A DNA stretch of 64,000 nt from Clostridia bacterium (GTDB taxonomy: Bacteria; Bacillota; DTU086): positions 64,064 to 128,063 of the forward strand of contig JAAYIF010000006.1 in assembly GCA_012523575.1 (NCBI GenBank), in the 5' to 3' direction. Of this stretch, positions 60,976 to 64,000 are shown in pieces; within the stretch, counting starts at the first letter, position 1, and each line of letters opens with the position of its first letter. Made by a program: the position numbers and the translations under genes. Below the pieces are notes generated by a model. It saw only the letters and a program-made list of their open reading frames with translations, made no database searches and was not told where the DNA came from.

Positions 60976-62028
60976 TCAGCAATAATTTCCCCTTCTCGCC
61001 TGTCCTTCAGGATACTTTTCTGAGAACGGTCGGTACTCTTCCTCAAGGAAACGATCGTACTTTTGTCCACTTTCAAGTTCCTCTTTTTTGATACGGGCTA
61101 CCTTGAATAGATAGGCTATCGGGTTTTCGACAGCATCCCCTTTTTCAAAACGCCTGACAAGGGCTGATACAGAAAATTCGGCAGCAGGAAAATCGTATAG
61201 ATTGTAAAGTCTTCCTGCTATAGCATAGGCTTTTTTAGGTTCTATGACACGTCGCAGCCCATTTCCAAGGATCGCTATCAAATCCTTGTTTGAAACACTT
61301 GCATTTAAAACGCCTGATGGGGTATAATTATTACAGCTTTCTTCTACGTCTGCGTCTGGGGATTCGTCCTCAGGCGTTTTTCTTTTATCCCCTCCTTTCA
61401 TCGGAACTTTGACGACTTCGTCGGAAGTTCTATCTTCACCCAGATAGGTAATTACCTCTTCAGGCGCTTTTCTTTTTATACTTCTTTCTGTTGAGATTCC
61501 ATCGGATTTACCAGAAGATTTACTTCTTATCACTTCCTCGGGCGTTTCTGACACGCACGCACCCGTTGAGGGTGCGTGTATAGATTCTAATCCGATAGGA
61601 TTAGAATCTATACTATAAGATTCTTGATCTTTATATTCTTGATCTGAGTCTTCTTTATAGGAAGCTGGTTTCCGCTCTTGACCGGAAGAGGGTTTCCGGT
61701 CAAGAAAGGTTCTTAAGTCGTTTATGTAATATACGTTCGTCTGCGTCAATCCTCTTCTCTTGCAAGATATGAGTCCCGCTTCCTGAAGCTCAGAAAGATA
61801 CGTGCGTACGGTTTTCTCAGAGCAACCGATTGCATCTGCAAGTTTTTCTTGTCCAGGAAATGCCTCCCCACTCTTCCAGGCGAACTTCAAAAGTAGAAAG
61901 TACGTAATTTTTGCCCCCGGGCTTAAATCCGGTTCTTCAAGGACAGCGTTTGGAACTGAAGTAAAGCCGTGTTTTAATGTTTTGTCTTTGAATTTTAGGG
62001 TTTTTTCTTTTTCTTCTGTTGTAGGCAT
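60976..62028 (-). CDS. phage replisome organizer / replication initiator (N-terminal wHTH)
   Basis: ...FTSVPNAVLEEPDLSPGAKITYFLLLKFAWKSGEAFPGQEKLADAIGCSEKTVRTYLSELQEAGLI... matches the phage replisome-organizer N-terminal domain; direct repeats flank its 3' end. Confidence 0.6.
   Translation of the reverse strand: MPTTEEKEKTLKFKDKTLKHGFTSVPNAVLEEPDLSPGAKITYFLLLKFAWKSGEAFPGQEKLADAIGCSEKTVRTYLSELQEAGLISCKRRGLTQTNVYYINDLRTFLDRKPSSGQERKPASYKEDSDQEYKDQESYSIDSNPIGLESIHAPSTGACVSETPEEVIRSKSSGKSDGISTERSIKRKAPEEVITYLGEDRTSDEVVKVPMKGGDKRKTPEDESPDADVEESCNNYTPSGVLNASVSNKDLIAILGNGLRRVIEPKKAYAIAGRLYNLYDFPAAEFSVSALVRRFEKGDAVENPIAYLFKVARIKKEELESGQKYDRFLEEEYRPFSEKYPEGQARRGNYC
61005..61034. repeat. 30-bp direct repeat copy 2, inside the last codons of the replisome-organizer gene
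   Basis: Identical to copy 1, 66 bp away. Confidence 0.8.
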
Positions 62029-62083
62029 TTATTTCATTTCCCCTTTCTTTTAGTTTATTGAGTAATTTATTGAGGAAAGGACG

Positions 62084-62692
62084 TTAGGAAAGCATTGAAA
62101 TCCTTATGCTGTTTGATGACCTACCCCCTCCCCTGCCTTTTTTGAAACTTCCGTTCGGGGGAAGATCTTTACTACTGCAGCAAACTTCAACCGGGGTAAA
62201 TGAAGGTCTGTACGCATTTTTTATCGCCTGCTTGAGGTCGTTCGTTGTCGTGGGATCGGTGAGGAGGTTGCGAGGGCCCGTTTGGACGCAGCTGAACCAA
62301 ACAAAGTCGGGGTCAGAAAGTTTGCTTTTCTTGACGAAAGGAAAGATTTTTCTTTGGTGTCTTAATAGCCATTCGTACGCTTCTCTTTCTTCTTGGACAT
62401 ATTCCTGCCTTCTCTGCTCCTGCTTTTTTCTTTTCTCTTCTTCTTTTTGCTGTCTTTTTATTCTTCTTTGTTCTTTTCTTTTCTTAAGCTCTCTTTTTCT
62501 GCGGTTTTTTTCTCTTTCTAGTTTGCGGGCTTCTTTTTCTTTTAAGTAAGCATTGTAGTCGTACTTTATAATCGCTTCTCTTACTGCTACTTTGCTGACA
62601 CCAAATTGCCTCGCGATGTCGGCTAAAGTCATCTTTTTGACATAAAAGCACTCAACATAAGCCTCCGATCTTGATCTTGCCCTGACAGGCAT
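62084..62692 (-). CDS. HTH protein with a long K/R/E-rich low-complexity region
   Basis: N-terminal ...KKMTLADIARQFGVSKVAVREAI... HTH, then about 70 aa of KEARKLEREKNRRKRELKKRKEQRR... Confidence 0.45.
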   Translation of the reverse strand: MPVRARSRSEAYVECFYVKKMTLADIARQFGVSKVAVREAIIKYDYNAYLKEKEARKLEREKNRRKRELKKRKEQRRIKRQQKEEEKRKKQEQRRQEYVQEEREAYEWLLRHQRKIFPFVKKSKLSDPDFVWFSCVQTGPRNLLTDPTTTNDLKQAIKNAYRPSFTPVEVCCSSKDLPPNGSFKKGRGGGRSSNSIRISMLS

Positions 62693-62963
62693 TTTTTCAC
62701 CCTCCCCGCTTTTATTGCAGCCGGGAGTGTGTTATAATGTGATCAGCCTCAGTGACGCTGCGATCTGAGCATATTGGAAATATGTCGGCTGCATGGGCTT
62801 ATAGTAACATTAAACCTGACAATAAGTCGATGCTGTTATTGACAGATTGTACGCTTTATTTGCTAAATATTGTATAAAAGCTGACAAAATCTTAATAATT
62901 TTTACATTTTTGTTTGACATTTTGTCGGTTCCTCGAAAGGATCGACGTAAGGTGGTGAGAAAA

Positions 62964-63338
62964 GTGATCGGCAGCAGGATCAGGGAAGCAAGAGAGTTAA
63001 GGGGCATGTCGCAAAAAGAACTTGCAGAAAAAATAAGCAAAAAGATCGGGAAGAAGCTTTCTGTGGATGCGGTTGGATCCTATGAAAGGGAAAAGCGCAA
63101 ACCCCCCTATGATACGCTTGTTGCCATTGCCGACGTGTTGGGGGTTTCCGTTGATTATCTCACGGGAAGGAGTGATGTGCTCTGCGGGCAGCAGGCTGAA
63201 GACGACAGTGAAGAGTTTGCCTCACTTGTGACCGCAATGTTCAGAGCACAGGGAAGGTTAACAAAGGAAGAGAGGGAAAGGCTTATAAAAGTTTTAAAAG
63301 CAGGCTGGCCGGAATTATTTGAAGAAAGGGCTGAATGA
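62964..63338 (+). CDS. XRE-family transcriptional regulator (ImmR/CI-like)
   Basis: GTG start after AAGGTGGTGAG; IGSRIREARELRGMSQKELAEKIS HTH; divergent from the replication genes. Confidence 0.75.
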   Translation: MIGSRIREARELRGMSQKELAEKISKKIGKKLSVDAVGSYEREKRKPPYDTLVAIADVLGVSVDYLTGRSDVLCGQQAEDDSEEFASLVTAMFRAQGRLTKEERERLIKVLKAGWPELFEERAE

Positions 63339-63912
63339 TTTGCTGAACTGCGTTTGTCCTGAAAGGCTTGAGGAAATTCGCATGACAGCAAAATTGCTTA
63401 TAAAGAATATAAAAAGGCCTCCAGCGCCTATTTTTTCTATCGCAAAATCTTTTGTGCCTGTTGTCTACGTAACCGACAGCGGACTCAAAGATGCAGTGTG
63501 CTTTCACTGGAATGGAGAATACAGGATTTTCGTTGAGCTGATGGACAATATATATGAGAGGGTGAGGTACAGTCTAGCGCATGAACTCGCTCATTTTATC
63601 TTTAAACACAACGATTATCTTATGCTTAAAGCAAAGGAACTGGGTATAAAAATAAAAAGACAGGATTTTTTTCTGTTTTGGAACGAAGTGAAGGGACTTG
63701 AAAAATATGTTAAAGAAACAGATGAAGAGGCAGAAACCTTTGCAGCAGAAGTTCTTATGCCTATGCGATGGCTCTACATACCTAAAAGCGCACGTGAATT
63801 TGAAGAACTGCGTAAAAGCCTTGAAGTTTCAAAGAGAGCACTTAAAAAAAGGCTTTTTGAAACAGGCATGATGACTTACGAAGAAATTGATAGGCTTTTT
63901 TTAAAAAAATAG
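63319..63912 (+). CDS. ImmA/IrrE-family zinc metallopeptidase (anti-repressor protease)
   Basis: HEXXH (AHELAHFIF) plus downstream EAETFAAEVLMP; overlaps the XRE gene by 20 nt. Confidence 0.75.
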   Translation: MKKGLNDLLNCVCPERLEEIRMTAKLLIKNIKRPPAPIFSIAKSFVPVVYVTDSGLKDAVCFHWNGEYRIFVELMDNIYERVRYSLAHELAHFIFKHNDYLMLKAKELGIKIKRQDFFLFWNEVKGLEKYVKETDEEAETFAAEVLMPMRWLYIPKSAREFEELRKSLEVSKRALKKRLFETGMMTYEEIDRLFLKK

Positions 63913-63917
63913 AAAGC

Positions 63918-63950
63918 CGGGAAAAATCCCAGCTTTATTTTTGTCCCCTT
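63918..63950 (+). terminator. terminator after the ImmA-like gene
   Basis: AGCCGGGAaaaaTCCCAGCT followed by TTATTTTT. Confidence 0.4.
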
Positions 63951-64000
63951 TGTCCCCCTATTTTTCACATCTGAAACGGGCTCACTATGGCGATATTAAG

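Larger units (their letters stand above)
55030..64000. mobile_element. one end of an integrated phage/ICE-like element (large serine recombinase; replication module; XRE/ImmA switch), continuing beyond the window
   Basis: Abrupt change of gene content and a visibly higher GC (about 45-50% between 57.0 and 58.1 kb) than the backbone; recombinase at the extreme end; phage-type genes throughout. Confidence 0.6.

Noticed and set aside
60810-61076. 88-aa minus-strand ORF
   Set aside because: It is generated by the 30-bp direct repeats (duplicated TDRSQKSILK). It overlaps the initiator gene end and is better explained as an origin repeat region.

Overview
This 64-kb window looks like a low-GC Firmicutes chromosome, probably a spore-forming member of Clostridia (backbone roughly 35-38% GC by eye). 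About 55 kb is a conserved housekeeping backbone with Bacillus-like synteny. Genes recognised, in order: an AI-2E/YtvI-like permease, cdsA, uppS, a ferredoxin, frr, pyrH, tsf, rpsB, codY, hslU, hslV, xerC, trmFO, topA, dprA, divergent comM/yifB, tRNA-Thr and tRNA-Pro, a phasin-like protein, tRNA-Gln, acs with an overlapping OFA-family MFS transporter, a VIT/ferritin-like protein, tRNA-Leu, a CBS protein, a LysM yneA-like gene divergent from lexA, a methionine-gamma-lyase-family protein, spoVK-like, hfq, miaA, mutL, mutS, miaB, kamA, guaB, a PHP phosphoesterase, an M19 dipeptidase, spoVS, rny, recA, thpR, a metallophosphoesterase, a CinA-domain protein, an FtsH-like protease, pgsA, rimO, rodZ, ftsK, uppP and a ylzJ-like gene. 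Several genes overlap translationally, consistent with operons. The last 9 kb (about 55030 to the window end) is a different, GC-richer mosaic that I read as one end of an integrated phage/ICE-like element. It carries a large serine recombinase, a frameshifted HNH endonuclease, an SNF2 helicase, a DnaB-like helicase, a replisome-organizer-type initiator flanked by perfect 30-bp direct repeats, and a divergent XRE/ImmA switch. Its recombinase stop lies within about 15 nt of where a ClpP-like tepA (ymfB) homologue loses its 5' half. That gene is the synteny partner of ylzJ and ftsK/spoIIIE and is a sporulation/germination gene in Bacillus. The most interesting hypothesis is therefore a skin-like intervening element splitting tepA. 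Other points worth checking: a decayed tyrosine-integrase remnant beside tRNA-Leu; rny lacking a canonical start codon but having a perfect SD before an AUA codon; a 260-nt structured leader with a terminator upstream of rny; and LexA operators with a variant GTTT half-site at lexA/yneA versus a perfect box at recA. Coordinates I derived by hand (tRNAs, boxes, hairpins) may be off by 1-2 nt.
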